Origin: a virus
Reading direction: 5' to 3' (one strand)
Length of the DNA: 64,000 nt
Virus record (IMG/VR): IMGVR_UViG_3300027754_000045
Coordinates: 89,851 to 153,850 of that record
Shown here: piece by piece, positions 29,546-39,828 of the stretch
How positions within the stretch are numbered: the first letter of the stretch is position 1
Layout of the letters: each line of letters starts with the position of its first letter
Notes under the pieces: model-generated
The model's database searches: none
What the model was told of the DNA's origin: nothing
The model's input: the letters and a program-made list of their open reading frames with translations, nothing else
Translations under genes and position numbers: made by a program

Positions 29546-30095
29546 TTGATTCTCCTGTAATATTTAGGCTATTCTTCTTTCGACGTGCCATATACCGTCC
29601 TTTGCTCTGTTGTATACGTTTTTGAACTGAAACAGGCACTCCAATGTCATCAGGCTTCATTCCAGCTACGCCACCTGCTGCCACACTATTAGCAATAGGA
29701 GCAGCAACGGCAGCTTCTCCGTCTTCCTGTAAAACACCACAAGCCCGCAGTTCACGCATTGCTCCTTCTAGAAACAGTTTTCCATTACCTCCTGCTGCTT
29801 CACATTGTTCAGAAAACAAAGCAAGAGCTGCAGGAACATTAGTGAGATGAGCACGAACATAAGGATCAGGAACTTTCACAATAATTCTTTTCAAAGAAAC
29901 AATCATCTGATCAAATGGTGTAAACTGTTGTAGTTCTCTTTGTGATAATTTGCCAATATCTTTTAGTTGTCTGCCATTAGCATCAATAATACCTAGACTA
30001 TATGCGGCAAGTCTTGTGAATGGTGTAGTCAGGGCATCAATAAATTTATACATTGTAAAACTGGTAACAATTTGACTTAATGTATTTGCGTTCAT
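29532..30095 (-). CDS. Conserved T4-like virion protein
   Basis: YKFI..LTTPF..AY.LGIIDANG motif; LQEDG cleavage-like site. Confidence 0.75.
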   Translation of the reverse strand: MNANTLSQIVTSFTMYKFIDALTTPFTRLAAYSLGIIDANGRQLKDIGKLSQRELQQFTPFDQMIVSLKRIIVKVPDPYVRAHLTNVPAALALFSEQCEAAGGNGKLFLEGAMRELRACGVLQEDGEAAVAAPIANSVAAGGVAGMKPDDIGVPVSVQKRIQQSKGRYMARRKKNSLNITGESNDTN

Positions 30096-30472
30096 GTGAT
30101 TTCTTTTAAAACTTTCATTATTCTGTGATCTAGTGGAATGTCGTCTATTTTAACTTCTGGTACTCTTTTAGGTAGTATTTGAAGAAAATACAAAAATGTT
30201 TTTAAATATGAGTGATATCTGGGTTCAGTCTTAAAGAATAGAATTCGTGAGCAAGCTTCAACCCCAAACACATTATTAAGTATTAATATGTGGTTGAGAA
30301 GTAAACGATCCTTTAGTGTCTTTTTTAAATCATACTTGTTAAACAACCTCTTAATGTACTTAATTCTGTTGAGATCGTCATAAAACTCTGAAATACCAAT
30401 ACAACTGGGATTATCATACATTTTAATCGAATACAACAGAAAATTGTCTTCACTTAGAGGTTCATAAAGCAT
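30092..30472 (-). CDS. Conserved T4-like hypothetical protein
   Basis: NFLLY..K.YDNP.C...EFYDDL.RIKYIKRL..RLLLNH motif. Confidence 0.8.
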   Translation of the reverse strand: MLYEPLSEDNFLLYSIKMYDNPSCIGISEFYDDLNRIKYIKRLFNKYDLKKTLKDRLLLNHILILNNVFGVEACSRILFFKTEPRYHSYLKTFLYFLQILPKRVPEVKIDDIPLDHRIMKVLKEIT

Positions 30473-30475
30473 AAT

Positions 30476-31042
30476 TTATTTTTGATTATTAAATCCAGAA
30501 CTATTCAAAGGAGTATCAATAGCAGCAGGAGTATGTTGACCTTGTTCTGGACTATCTCCAGAGTATCGCATAACACTAGCAGTCATTTTGTACAATCCAG
30601 ATGCTGCTTCTTCTACACCAAGAGCAATAGCCAAATGATCTCCGTCAAGAGTATCTTCTACGCCATCGGTTACTTTAAAACCATCCTTCATTAAATTATG
30701 CTCTGGAGTAGTACCAAAAGTACCACCAAAACGAGTAAGCTTCAGGTAATTTACAACACCAACATTAATCGGAGTCTTACCATTAAACTCAAAATCCAAA
30801 CCAGCCAAGTTAATCTTGACTCGCATCAAAGATAAAGCTGCACGAGGATCTAGGTACTCACGACCAGTGAATGCGCTCAGGAAAGCTTGAATTCTTTGTA
30901 CTTGTTCTGTGCTTTCGATACGGTGAATACCAAAGTCAGATGTTGCAGATCGAACATTCTGTGCTGGGTAACCACCAAGAGCTCCGCCTTCAGTATTTTC
31001 GGCTTCGTTTAATTGTAATCGTAAATCTTTGTACTTTTTCAT
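30476..31042 (-). CDS. Putative head-associated protein
   Basis: MKKYKDLRLQLNEA; GGAG RBS; late promoter. Confidence 0.7.
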   Translation of the reverse strand: MKKYKDLRLQLNEAENTEGGALGGYPAQNVRSATSDFGIHRIESTEQVQRIQAFLSAFTGREYLDPRAALSLMRVKINLAGLDFEFNGKTPINVGVVNYLKLTRFGGTFGTTPEHNLMKDGFKVTDGVEDTLDGDHLAIALGVEEAASGLYKMTASVMRYSGDSPEQGQHTPAAIDTPLNSSGFNNQK

Positions 31043-31056
31043 TTTTGTCTCCTTTG

Positions 31057-31064
31057 TATTTATA
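31057..31064 (-). promoter_or_regulatory. T4-type late promoter TATAAATA
   Basis: TATTTATA on the + strand. Confidence 0.7.
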
Positions 31065-31069
31065 TGAAA

Positions 31070-31957
31070 TTATTTGCCAGCAAAATATGGACTATTTTTG
31101 AGATTTGCAGCAAGTCGTCTCTTTCGATTTGCAGCCATGGTTAATCGATCCGAACCTTTAGCGTTGGCCCAGGTTTTTCGATCAGTAACTGTTTTTTTAC
31201 TAGCCTTTTGTCTTTCTGCTTTTTGACGATTCTTGGGAACATTCTTACTAGATCCAGAAAGACCTGTTGTTCGGTTAGTATTTGGAATTTTCTTTTGAGT
31301 AGACTTCAACAGTTTTTTATTATATTTCTTTTCACCATCATCGTCCATCGTTATGCGAGCATCATTTCGTTTTTGTTTTCTGGTTCGCTTAGGAGCACTA
31401 TCGTCTCTTCCGTGACTATACAATGAAGGTTCATAACCATGTTTATTTCTACCACCACCCATTACTTGAAAAGTAGCAATACGATGAGCAGCATTTTCCT
31501 TAGTATCTTTACCCTTTAATTTTGGTTTAAAATTAGGACTATTTAACATGGCATCTGCCATTCTGTCTCGTTTTGCTATTTCTGGATCAGTCATAGTAAA
31601 TTCATTTTCTGGATTCACTACTTCTTCTGAGATAACACCAAAGAATCTGGATTTTAAACGATCACGAAGCAAAACTTTAAAATTTTCGTGAATCAATTCA
31701 CCATCACTATTATCAACAATTGTGTGATCATGTTTTCTTTTTTTCTCAGGTTTATCAATTTTCTTTATATTAGTTTTAATATTTTCACACAATATACTAA
31801 TAACATTTTCTGGAATAATTATATTCTTAACATAATCTGCTTCATAAAGAGCCAACTTATTTTTAAATGTTCCTAATATACCAAAATACACACCATTTGT
31901 GGTTTCTACAAGAATACGTTTGTTCATAAAATCAGTTATATTTTTATTAATTGTCAT
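31070..31957 (-). CDS. Basic putative internal head protein
   Basis: 295 aa; LCE/IHE/ISEE motifs; K/R-rich C-terminal half. Confidence 0.6.
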   Translation of the reverse strand: MTINKNITDFMNKRILVETTNGVYFGILGTFKNKLALYEADYVKNIIIPENVISILCENIKTNIKKIDKPEKKRKHDHTIVDNSDGELIHENFKVLLRDRLKSRFFGVISEEVVNPENEFTMTDPEIAKRDRMADAMLNSPNFKPKLKGKDTKENAAHRIATFQVMGGGRNKHGYEPSLYSHGRDDSAPKRTRKQKRNDARITMDDDGEKKYNKKLLKSTQKKIPNTNRTTGLSGSSKNVPKNRQKAERQKASKKTVTDRKTWANAKGSDRLTMAANRKRRLAANLKNSPYFAGK

Positions 31958-31966
31958 ATGTTTGCT

Positions 31967-34900
31967 TTATATTGTTATTTCATTACCATCGATTATACAA
32001 TTTAATACTACATTATCTATAATACTTGGAATTTTTAGTGTTATGTCTATAAATAAGCTTCCTGTTTTTGTTTTCAAGGGAGTATTATTAGTTTCGTCAC
32101 AAACCACAGTATACGAAGAAATACCATTGTAAGATAAAATTATATTTAGTTCAGAAACAATGTTCAATTTCAATTTAGATCTAGTAATTTCGTTATTTAA
32201 TTCGAAAGCATAAGTTTTAAATATATTTTTTATAGTTTTTCTCAACAGGGTTAAAAAGTATACTTCGTTTATTTTATCGTAATTATCAAAAGAAAATAAG
32301 TGTGTAGCTAATTTATTTCCGTTTAAAAACACAACATCATTATTATTTTTTGTTTTGTTGTATACTGCACTTAAATAGTTTTCGTCGTCATTACTAGAAA
32401 ATTCATTAATAGGAGTAGGTAGAGTATTTAATAAAGACCCACGAGAAATACCTGAAAATGGTCTCCATCTATCCTTTGTTGTTGATAATCGAGCAATACA
32501 TCCTGCAGCATCGGTATTTGTTGATATATTTACTATAGTATTTGTCCAAGGACTAATAATTTGTTTTTTATCTGAAAAAAAACAAAGATTATTATCGTTT
32601 GTATAATAATTACTGCCTTCTGTGGTACTATAATCAGGTTTATTCACAAATCTATAGTCTTGATTATTTAGAAAATTTTTATAATAATCAAGTATTCTAA
32701 ATTTATCATTTTTGGTTGTGGCTATTATATAATGACTATGAGCATAAACTTTATCAAAAGATAAGTAATTTTCATTTTCTAGTTTTAAATAATTGTCTGT
32801 AGAATAAAGAACTTCTATATCACCCTTCATATTTACAGCGAAAGGTCCATCAAAATTCGTGCTTACGGAGGTATACGGACCAGGATAATGCAAATAATTA
32901 TCATTACCATTAGACATTAACCAAGATACTACACTTCCGTCTGTTTTAAGAGCAACATATCTGGTGTCTATTGCTGTACTAATTTCTGGATCGGTGCAAA
33001 TATGGTTATCTATAAGATTTACTGCACTCTCTAAATATACAACACTATTATTTGCAATTTGTGGAATATTTTTATTACTACTATTTCCCCAATGTACCAC
33101 ACTTCCGTCTGTTTTAAGAGCTAATATTTGATTCTGTATTACGATTTGAGAAGTACTATTAAGGGTAGTTAGAAGACCACAACAAGTTTGTGTTACGTCA
33201 CTAAGTGTTTGTCCTAAAATTTTTATAACACTACCATAAGTAGTACCACCAGAAAGTGTAATTCCGTTTCCGTTAGAATTTGTTCCTAAATATTGATTAT
33301 GAAATTCAGTTTCACCAACATTATTCACGTCTGTGTATGAATTTAAATCATTACTATTACCAATAGAGGATCTATAAACCGCACCAGACGGTATAACTAC
33401 AACATTTCTGTTTTTTAGAATTGCCACTATAAAGGTAAAATAGTTATAGTTGTCGGCAGCTCCGCCAGAGTTCTCACAGTTTAGTCGAACCATACTGTAA
33501 CTTGTTTTTGCATCAATAACATTTGTTAGTGTGGTTCCTAATGGCCACTGAATTGGTTCGTACCATTTTTGTTGTTGATTTATTACAATATCCGCCATAG
33601 TATTTGTATAATAAATTTTATTATCTGATATTGCAATAAATGAATGATCACTAGTGTAAACGTTAGTATAGGTTAATCCTCCACTATTCGTTTGATTATT
33701 ATATACATTAAAATCTAAAGTAGCTCCCCCAACATGTAAAAATTTATTTTGTAGACCTTTTTGAACTATAAAGTTGTTGGTTGAAGAACACAACCCCGCT
33801 AGTGATCCAAAAGCATCAATACGCCCATTATTATATAAAGAAATACCACCTTTATAATAAGACACATAATTCTCCCCAGGTAAACTATTCTTAACGCTTT
33901 TGTCTATAACTATTTTGTCTATAATATTACTGTGTAAATTTTTTATAGATTTTACTTTTTTATCTTTAAACACCATCATATAATCTTCATAAAATTTCCA
34001 ATCCTGCGTAATTCCTGTATTTTTTGAAGATGTTGTGTTGGAAAGGTTTATATAATCAATATCATTATTGTCTAAACCAGGTATGTTGTTTAATGGTGTT
34101 ATGCTGTTCGATAGACTATGTGCTGGTGTTTTTTGAAAAGAAGGATATGCTGTTTTATAGTTATTTACATAACTAGTCAAATAAGAACTTTGATAAGTAG
34201 CAGAACCTTGGGAATATATGGTTATTGGAAAATTTAAATTTTCGCCAATTCCCCATCCATAATATGTTCCTCCAGCACTAATAGCAAAATTTGAAAATCC
34301 AGATCGACCTAATTTGATTCCATCAAAATTATAACTTGTGGGACAAAATACCTGAATAATATCAGTAAGAGTAATGCCATTTATTCGAACAGGAACTAAA
34401 GGTGGAGGAATATTTGTGGTAGTATTATTGTTATTTCCTGCATTAGTTAGAGATATACCATAAGGAGTATCAAGTGCTGTTAAAGGATGGGATTGTGGAG
34501 TTCCTGTTCCGTATATTAAACCTATGGGCACAGAACTACAAACTCCTGAGATATTATACCCAGTTTGAGAATATGCTTTATTTCTATCTTCCTGGCCCCA
34601 ACACACCACATTTCCTCCAGCTGTTACAACACAAGTATGATGGTATCCTACTGCTACAGATTTAATTCCAGTTAAACCTGAAGGAGGAGTTGTTCGAAAT
34701 TTGGTTTCTGTATTAAAAGAGGATTCAAAAGCAGTATATCCGCCTGTAGAAGTTACTACCGCTATATGATTTGGTCCAATACTTATATTTCCTGCACTAA
34801 TTCCAGTTACCCCGCTCAAAACATTTTTAGAAAATCCCTTTTTTACTAGAGAAGGATTTATAATAAATCCTTTTGTGTCTGAATTATAGTAAATTTCTGT

Positions 34901-35530
34901 TTTATTATGTTTTGATCTGTCTAACCAGTCTGAAGACGTAGAATAATCTAAAAAAGGCACTAAATATGAAATTTCTGTTTCAGGAAGATATGCGTCTTTT
35001 TTGTCGCCTGCTAAATTTGCACTTGATTGTATGCTAGAACGTCCATTAGTGCCTATTGGTGTGGTTAATACTATGTCATCTGTTCTTGTGACATCAGTAA
35101 AATCTTTAAATTTTACTGATTTATTGTAAATATTTGTTGTGAATGATTTTAGATTTTTTTGAGTTCCTAAAAAACCTAAACAATCTTTTCTTGTTTTAGT
35201 TAACTCTATAGTATCCAAAAACATAGTATCACTTAAACCATCATTAAAAATAATATCTAAATCAACTAAATTATTGTTTCCGAGCGATCCAGTACTTCCA
35301 ACAACGCAAATACCTCCATATTGAAGGTAATTGTAGATACTCCACCACTCTCCAGCCCAAGCACCAGTAGGACCAGAGGTTTTATACGAACTATCGTTTA
35401 GTCTACCCAACCAACTATTATAAGAAGGAATCGTCATAAGACCTATTTCTTTTTCAGAAACAGTACCAAACAAATTCAATAAAGTAGGTGATGGTATTCC
35501 AGCAATAATTATGTCATCTATAGTTGGCAT
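31967..35530 (-). CDS. Tail-sheath (gp18)-like protein with a large RCC1-like insertion
   Basis: N-terminal YNYLQYGG..VV and RKDC; C-terminal AGCIAR..W..SG..RG and FELNNEITRS..VVCDETNNTP..IDI..K; internal GYHHTCVVTAGGNVVCWG and two ALKTDGSVVxW. Confidence 0.8.
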   Translation of the reverse strand: MPTIDDIIIAGIPSPTLLNLFGTVSEKEIGLMTIPSYNSWLGRLNDSSYKTSGPTGAWAGEWWSIYNYLQYGGICVVGSTGSLGNNNLVDLDIIFNDGLSDTMFLDTIELTKTRKDCLGFLGTQKNLKSFTTNIYNKSVKFKDFTDVTRTDDIVLTTPIGTNGRSSIQSSANLAGDKKDAYLPETEISYLVPFLDYSTSSDWLDRSKHNKTEIYYNSDTKGFIINPSLVKKGFSKNVLSGVTGISAGNISIGPNHIAVVTSTGGYTAFESSFNTETKFRTTPPSGLTGIKSVAVGYHHTCVVTAGGNVVCWGQEDRNKAYSQTGYNISGVCSSVPIGLIYGTGTPQSHPLTALDTPYGISLTNAGNNNNTTTNIPPPLVPVRINGITLTDIIQVFCPTSYNFDGIKLGRSGFSNFAISAGGTYYGWGIGENLNFPITIYSQGSATYQSSYLTSYVNNYKTAYPSFQKTPAHSLSNSITPLNNIPGLDNNDIDYINLSNTTSSKNTGITQDWKFYEDYMMVFKDKKVKSIKNLHSNIIDKIVIDKSVKNSLPGENYVSYYKGGISLYNNGRIDAFGSLAGLCSSTNNFIVQKGLQNKFLHVGGATLDFNVYNNQTNSGGLTYTNVYTSDHSFIAISDNKIYYTNTMADIVINQQQKWYEPIQWPLGTTLTNVIDAKTSYSMVRLNCENSGGAADNYNYFTFIVAILKNRNVVVIPSGAVYRSSIGNSNDLNSYTDVNNVGETEFHNQYLGTNSNGNGITLSGGTTYGSVIKILGQTLSDVTQTCCGLLTTLNSTSQIVIQNQILALKTDGSVVHWGNSSNKNIPQIANNSVVYLESAVNLIDNHICTDPEISTAIDTRYVALKTDGSVVSWLMSNGNDNYLHYPGPYTSVSTNFDGPFAVNMKGDIEVLYSTDNYLKLENENYLSFDKVYAHSHYIIATTKNDKFRILDYYKNFLNNQDYRFVNKPDYSTTEGSNYYTNDNNLCFFSDKKQIISPWTNTIVNISTNTDAAGCIARLSTTKDRWRPFSGISRGSLLNTLPTPINEFSSNDDENYLSAVYNKTKNNNDVVFLNGNKLATHLFSFDNYDKINEVYFLTLLRKTIKNIFKTYAFELNNEITRSKLKLNIVSELNIILSYNGISSYTVVCDETNNTPLKTKTGSLFIDITLKIPSIIDNVVLNCIIDGNEITI

Positions 35531-35550
35531 TAGTTTTTGTTCCTTTTACA

Positions 35551-35558
35551 TATTTATA
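35551..35558 (-). promoter_or_regulatory. T4-type late promoter TATAAATA
   Basis: TATTTATA on the + strand, upstream of 35530. Confidence 0.7.
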
Positions 35559-35576
35559 AATAAAAATTATATGTTT

Positions 35577-36203
35577 TTATTTTGACTGTAATCCTAGTTG
35601 TATGGCAACAGAATTACGAATTTTTGTAATTTCATGAACAGCTAAAGTTTTATCCACAATCTCAGCTTTTACCGAACTACACCACTGAATCATTAAAAAA
35701 CCAGTTATTTCGTTTTGTATCCAAATAGGAATTACTGAAAATGCTTCAACATTCCTAGATTCTAAATATTGCTTAAAATAACTATCTTTAAGGTCCTGAG
35801 AATAGTGTAATTTTGCGTTATCTTCTACCACAAGATTTAATAGAGGAATAAACATTGAACACAAAAAACCACGTATTCTTGAGCCATCAGAAGCAATACC
35901 TTTTTCAAGAGATTCGTGGGTAAGACTAAATTTCCTCATTGATACACCATCCATAAAATATTCGCCATTATGGAGTTGTATGATTTGAGCACGAGCAGAA
36001 TCTGTTACTAATCTGAGTTCTGTGAGAAGTTCATGTATTTCACTGTGAACTATGAAAAAGTTGTCCATTTTCAGGTAACTCTTCAATTTAGACCAACTTT
36101 TCATGAAACCTATTATTACACCAATAAAAATTGCTGTATAAATTGCCCAATCCTCGAAAACTCTAACAAAATCTTGAGAAATATTAAAAATTCCATTAGG
36201 CAT
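35577..36203 (-). CDS. Single-TM protein with GAF-like domain (T-holin-like architecture)
   Basis: N-terminal TM helix; RAQIIQLHNG..FS.THE..S.IPI....ITGFL.I.W. Confidence 0.6.
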   Translation of the reverse strand: MPNGIFNISQDFVRVFEDWAIYTAIFIGVIIGFMKSWSKLKSYLKMDNFFIVHSEIHELLTELRLVTDSARAQIIQLHNGEYFMDGVSMRKFSLTHESLEKGIASDGSRIRGFLCSMFIPLLNLVVEDNAKLHYSQDLKDSYFKQYLESRNVEAFSVIPIWIQNEITGFLMIQWCSSVKAEIVDKTLAVHEITKIRNSVAIQLGLQSK

Positions 36204-36206
36204 ATT

Positions 36207-38459
36207 TTATTTCTTTTTCTTCTTTCGTATTTCCAAATATGTTTTACATCCTTCACACCTTTGTGATGGATTTTTTGAAAATGGCGTATCGTTACTCAAT
36301 CTATCGGTTAATTCTGGAGTTCCTTCGAAACCAGCACCATGATCTTCGTGCATAGCTCTATTTTTATGAGCAGACATAGGCTCTAGGTTGTTTGTGTTAT
36401 TATTTTGTGGGTTTCCGTCTTTATGATTCACATCTATGCCGTCACCCTTTTTAACTTTGCCTAATTTTATCATTTTTCTTCGAGCAAGAACTCGTTTGCT
36501 TCTATTTTTTCTTTGTTTTGCTGATCCCTGATAATTATCATATTCTCTGCGATAATTTCTCTCGTTGAGTTCAGAAATAGAAAATTGCTCGTTAAGAATT
36601 TTAACGGCATCAAAACTAGTCATACAACCACTATTAACTTGTTGTGCGAAATAATCATTACAAAATAAATATGATTCCATAAGAGCATCTGCTCCACGTT
36701 GTATTAAATCTTCCGAATTTCCTTCTGGATCAAAAATCATTTTGACTGGAATATTAATTATTTGTTCTGATGGTGTTCCAGAATTAATAGTAATAGTATT
36801 TTCTGTATCAGAGTCTCCTGAATAAAAATCAGAATACGATAAAGGCTTGACGAATACTGCGTCTATTAATTCTAGTTCGAATATTTCTAAAAAACTTAAA
36901 GGCATACTAATATAATCTTTAATTTTTTCAATATCCATTACTACATCCAATGAACTTTCGTTGATTTGTGACATTTTTTGAAATAATGATTGTAGAAACC
37001 CATTACTAGCATTTTCTTTTTTTGAAAATTTCAAATGCAAATCTGTATCTTTTGATTTTGAAAAATCATTAACAAACTCTGCATTTAATGGAATAATTTT
37101 AGCATCAGTTCCGTCTTTATTTGCAGTCAACATAGCTTGAGCAGATCCTGGATTTCCTTCAAACTTTCCGTTTCCAGTTAAAAGTTCTTGTAAAAACATA
37201 GACTTTATGTTTATATTTTCGTTAATGTATTGTTCAAATAAATTAGCAGATGTATTTAAAAGTTGTTGCTGGCGATTACTAATAAAATCATTTTTCATTC
37301 TTTGTTTGTTTAACAACAAAGATCCTTGTTGAATTGTTGTGGATTGAGTTGGTTCTATAAAATTTTTAGAAAAATCAGAACGAAGATTTTCTACAAAATC
37401 TTTAATCATTAAACTAAAAGATTCAAACATTTCTCTAGGATCTATTAGAGACAGAGAAGTTGTTAGTGCAAACCCAGCTTCTCCTTTTATTCCTGGTCTC
37501 ATTTGTTCACCAATTTTAACAGAAATTCCTAAAGAATCTTCTTTTGACACACCAATAAGATTAATATTTCCTACAGATTCTGGAATATTCATACTATTCC
37601 ATAATTTACCAGTAGGATATGATGGTTCTGCTAAACTAAATTTCATATTAGCAGCTTCTGGGAATGTTTTAGAAATTTCCTTTACTATTCTTTCTATACA
37701 ACTACCTAAAGTTCTATTAGAATCAATTTCTTGTTGAAATTCGGTTGGTAGTTTCTTACCAGATAAATTATTCAAGGCATCAGGTAATAAAGAATTTATT
37801 TGATTGTAATCATGATCCCAATCAGGATATGTAGAAAATTCATCAGTAATTTCTTTTCCATTCTTTGGGGCACGAATATTTGGCGGAGGTGGCACAGATG
37901 CAGAAGATTCACTAGAAGATTTATCAGAAGATTTATCAGAAGATTTATCAGAAGAATCATCTTTTTTATTTTTTTCTATTTTGCCTAATATTTTTATAGA
38001 AGTTTTAGTATTAACAAAATTTTCCATACCAGAGTAATACGTTAGATCTCTTTTAGTAATATCGCCCTTGTCTACTTTTCCTATACGCCCTTTGATTACA
38101 GTATGAAGAGATTTATCAAAATCAGATTTTAAAATAATTTCTACTTTGTTGCTGTTATTGTTTTTTACAACAATAATTTGACTCATAATGTCTGTTTGTT
38201 TGTCTTGGCGACGACTTTCTTTTTTACGATTTCTTTCACGCTTAGCAGGATCAACTTCTGGTCTCATTCGTTGTTTTTCTGCTTTTAACGGAGTTCGTTT
38301 AGACTCTGCAGTTTCGTGTAAAGCCTTGAAGAAAGCTTCTTGTAATTTGTCTTGCGATTTAGTTGTTTTTGATTTATCGGGGAAAAGAATAGAAGATTCA
38401 GTTAAAAATTTAGAATATTCTTTAAAATTAAACCAAGATGGAAGATTATTTTTTAGCAC
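36207..38459 (-). CDS. Large putative virion protein with C-terminal HNH domain
   Basis: GTG start 5 nt after CCTAAATA (38465-38472); LNERNYRREY..DVNHKDGNPQNN..NL..NR. Confidence 0.75.
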   Translation of the reverse strand: MLKNNLPSWFNFKEYSKFLTESSILFPDKSKTTKSQDKLQEAFFKALHETAESKRTPLKAEKQRMRPEVDPAKRERNRKKESRRQDKQTDIMSQIIVVKNNNSNKVEIILKSDFDKSLHTVIKGRIGKVDKGDITKRDLTYYSGMENFVNTKTSIKILGKIEKNKKDDSSDKSSDKSSDKSSSESSASVPPPPNIRAPKNGKEITDEFSTYPDWDHDYNQINSLLPDALNNLSGKKLPTEFQQEIDSNRTLGSCIERIVKEISKTFPEAANMKFSLAEPSYPTGKLWNSMNIPESVGNINLIGVSKEDSLGISVKIGEQMRPGIKGEAGFALTTSLSLIDPREMFESFSLMIKDFVENLRSDFSKNFIEPTQSTTIQQGSLLLNKQRMKNDFISNRQQQLLNTSANLFEQYINENINIKSMFLQELLTGNGKFEGNPGSAQAMLTANKDGTDAKIIPLNAEFVNDFSKSKDTDLHLKFSKKENASNGFLQSLFQKMSQINESSLDVVMDIEKIKDYISMPLSFLEIFELELIDAVFVKPLSYSDFYSGDSDTENTITINSGTPSEQIINIPVKMIFDPEGNSEDLIQRGADALMESYLFCNDYFAQQVNSGCMTSFDAVKILNEQFSISELNERNYRREYDNYQGSAKQRKNRSKRVLARRKMIKLGKVKKGDGIDVNHKDGNPQNNNTNNLEPMSAHKNRAMHEDHGAGFEGTPELTDRLSNDTPFSKNPSQRCEGCKTYLEIRKKKKK

Positions 38460-38467
38460 TAATCTAT

Positions 38468-38857
38468 TTAGGGTTTTTTTGGTTTGTCTTCAGAACCCAG
38501 GGACTCTATAGTAAACCCCTTAAACTGCTTTCTTTTGCCAGAAGAAACCTCCCACATAGCAGAACTATTTAGATTGTGCTGAGTACAAAACCTTTCAAAA
38601 TTATCAGTAATATATTTAATGCCTTCTTTGTCGGTAAAAACGTAAATTTTTCTTGGTTTTTGTCGGTCCGTCTCTTTTCTGTGGAAAAATTGAATATTAA
38701 TATTCACCATAGAGTTCCAAAACCAATGCTTTCCACGAGTTTCCCATCTTCCGCCGTGCTTGGCAAGAAGTTTTGCTCGGTTCTGAGCACCTTTAGAATT
38801 TCCATTAAACATGGCCCATTCTCGTGAATTTTGTTTATTTATGTTGTCCAAATTCAT
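38468..38857 (-). CDS. Small protein with NUMOD1-like DNA-binding motif
   Basis: FCTQHNLNSSAMWEVSSGKRKQFKGF. Confidence 0.55.
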   Translation of the reverse strand: MNLDNINKQNSREWAMFNGNSKGAQNRAKLLAKHGGRWETRGKHWFWNSMVNINIQFFHRKETDRQKPRKIYVFTDKEGIKYITDNFERFCTQHNLNSSAMWEVSSGKRKQFKGFTIESLGSEDKPKKP

Positions 38858-39482
38858 AATGTTCCTTCCATTCTACAATAGCAGCCTTTAGTGTGTCTTT
38901 ATAATCATTAATGTTCTTTTTGAATACTTGAACTTCGCCTTCGTCACAAGAGATAAGAATAACAAGCTGGTCAACTTTCTGACCAGTCATTTCTTCCCAC
39001 ATGATTGCGTATGCTGTTCCTTGAAGAAAATAATTTTCAATATCTTTTTCTTGCTTTGGTCTGGTGCTGCCTTTGAAGTCTATAATACTCAAGACTCCAT
39101 CATACTCTGCCACACAGTCTGTTCGACCAGCCAAACCTAATGATTTGCTCCACAAAAAAGATTCCACACCACGAATATTATCAATCTTGTCTATTTCTGG
39201 CTGAATCTGGTAGAACAAGTCAAGAGTGTAAGGATCAACAGACTTGGTGCATTCTGGAGTATTGAGCACATAAGACTCTAGCAGAGAATGCAGACGCACA
39301 CCACGATTAACTGTTCGTCGAGCCTCTTTCGGATTGTTCTTTCTCCATTGTGCAAAGAACTGAGTTTTTTTCCAGCCAACCACGCTGGTCACACTGGGAA
39401 ATGTGCCGTCTGGTGTCTGATAAAAGCCGTCTATTCTTTCGCCTGTCGGTAGAGTCACTAGATCATGATTAAAATGTTTCAT
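38835..39482 (-). CDS. PD-(D/E)XK (Cas4/RecB-like) exonuclease
   Basis: PSVTSV, RG..LH...E, AGRTDC, IIDFK, YFLQ..AY. Confidence 0.9.
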   Translation of the reverse strand: MKHFNHDLVTLPTGERIDGFYQTPDGTFPSVTSVVGWKKTQFFAQWRKNNPKEARRTVNRGVRLHSLLESYVLNTPECTKSVDPYTLDLFYQIQPEIDKIDNIRGVESFLWSKSLGLAGRTDCVAEYDGVLSIIDFKGSTRPKQEKDIENYFLQGTAYAIMWEEMTGQKVDQLVILISCDEGEVQVFKKNINDYKDTLKAAIVEWKEHYEFGQHK

Positions 39483-39498
39483 AATATAAAATTAACCT

Positions 39499-39810
39499 TT
39501 AGTTTAAGCCTTGAATCCAGAGACCAGTTGTGACACCAGTAAGATTATAACTCTTTATAATTGACGGAAATAACGTTTGACTAGTTGCAGGAAAATTACA
39601 AAATGCACTTACTCCGTCCATACCAGTAAAGGTAAGAGTAATACCACCAATAGTACTAATATTCAATCCTCTGTGTTGTGGCATGAATGGCTGCATGGTA
39701 ACACCGCCTCTTGTGGTGTATGTGCCTCCAGGAGTGAATCCTGCTGCGTGTGTATTACCATTATAGATGTTAAATATGTTTGAGTAACTTGGTTGTGAAA
39801 TTGGTTTCAT
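39499..39810 (-). CDS. Hypothetical late protein
   Basis: AAGGA RBS; CATAAATA at 39826-39833. Confidence 0.65.
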   Translation of the reverse strand: MKPISQPSYSNIFNIYNGNTHAAGFTPGGTYTTRGGVTMQPFMPQHRGLNISTIGGITLTFTGMDGVSAFCNFPATSQTLFPSIIKSYNLTGVTTGLWIQGLN

Positions 39811-39828
39811 TGTTGTCCTTTAGTGTAT

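Noticed and set aside
37914-37954. 12-bp AGAAGATTTATC repeat
   Set aside because: A simple coding microrepeat (SSDK linker)
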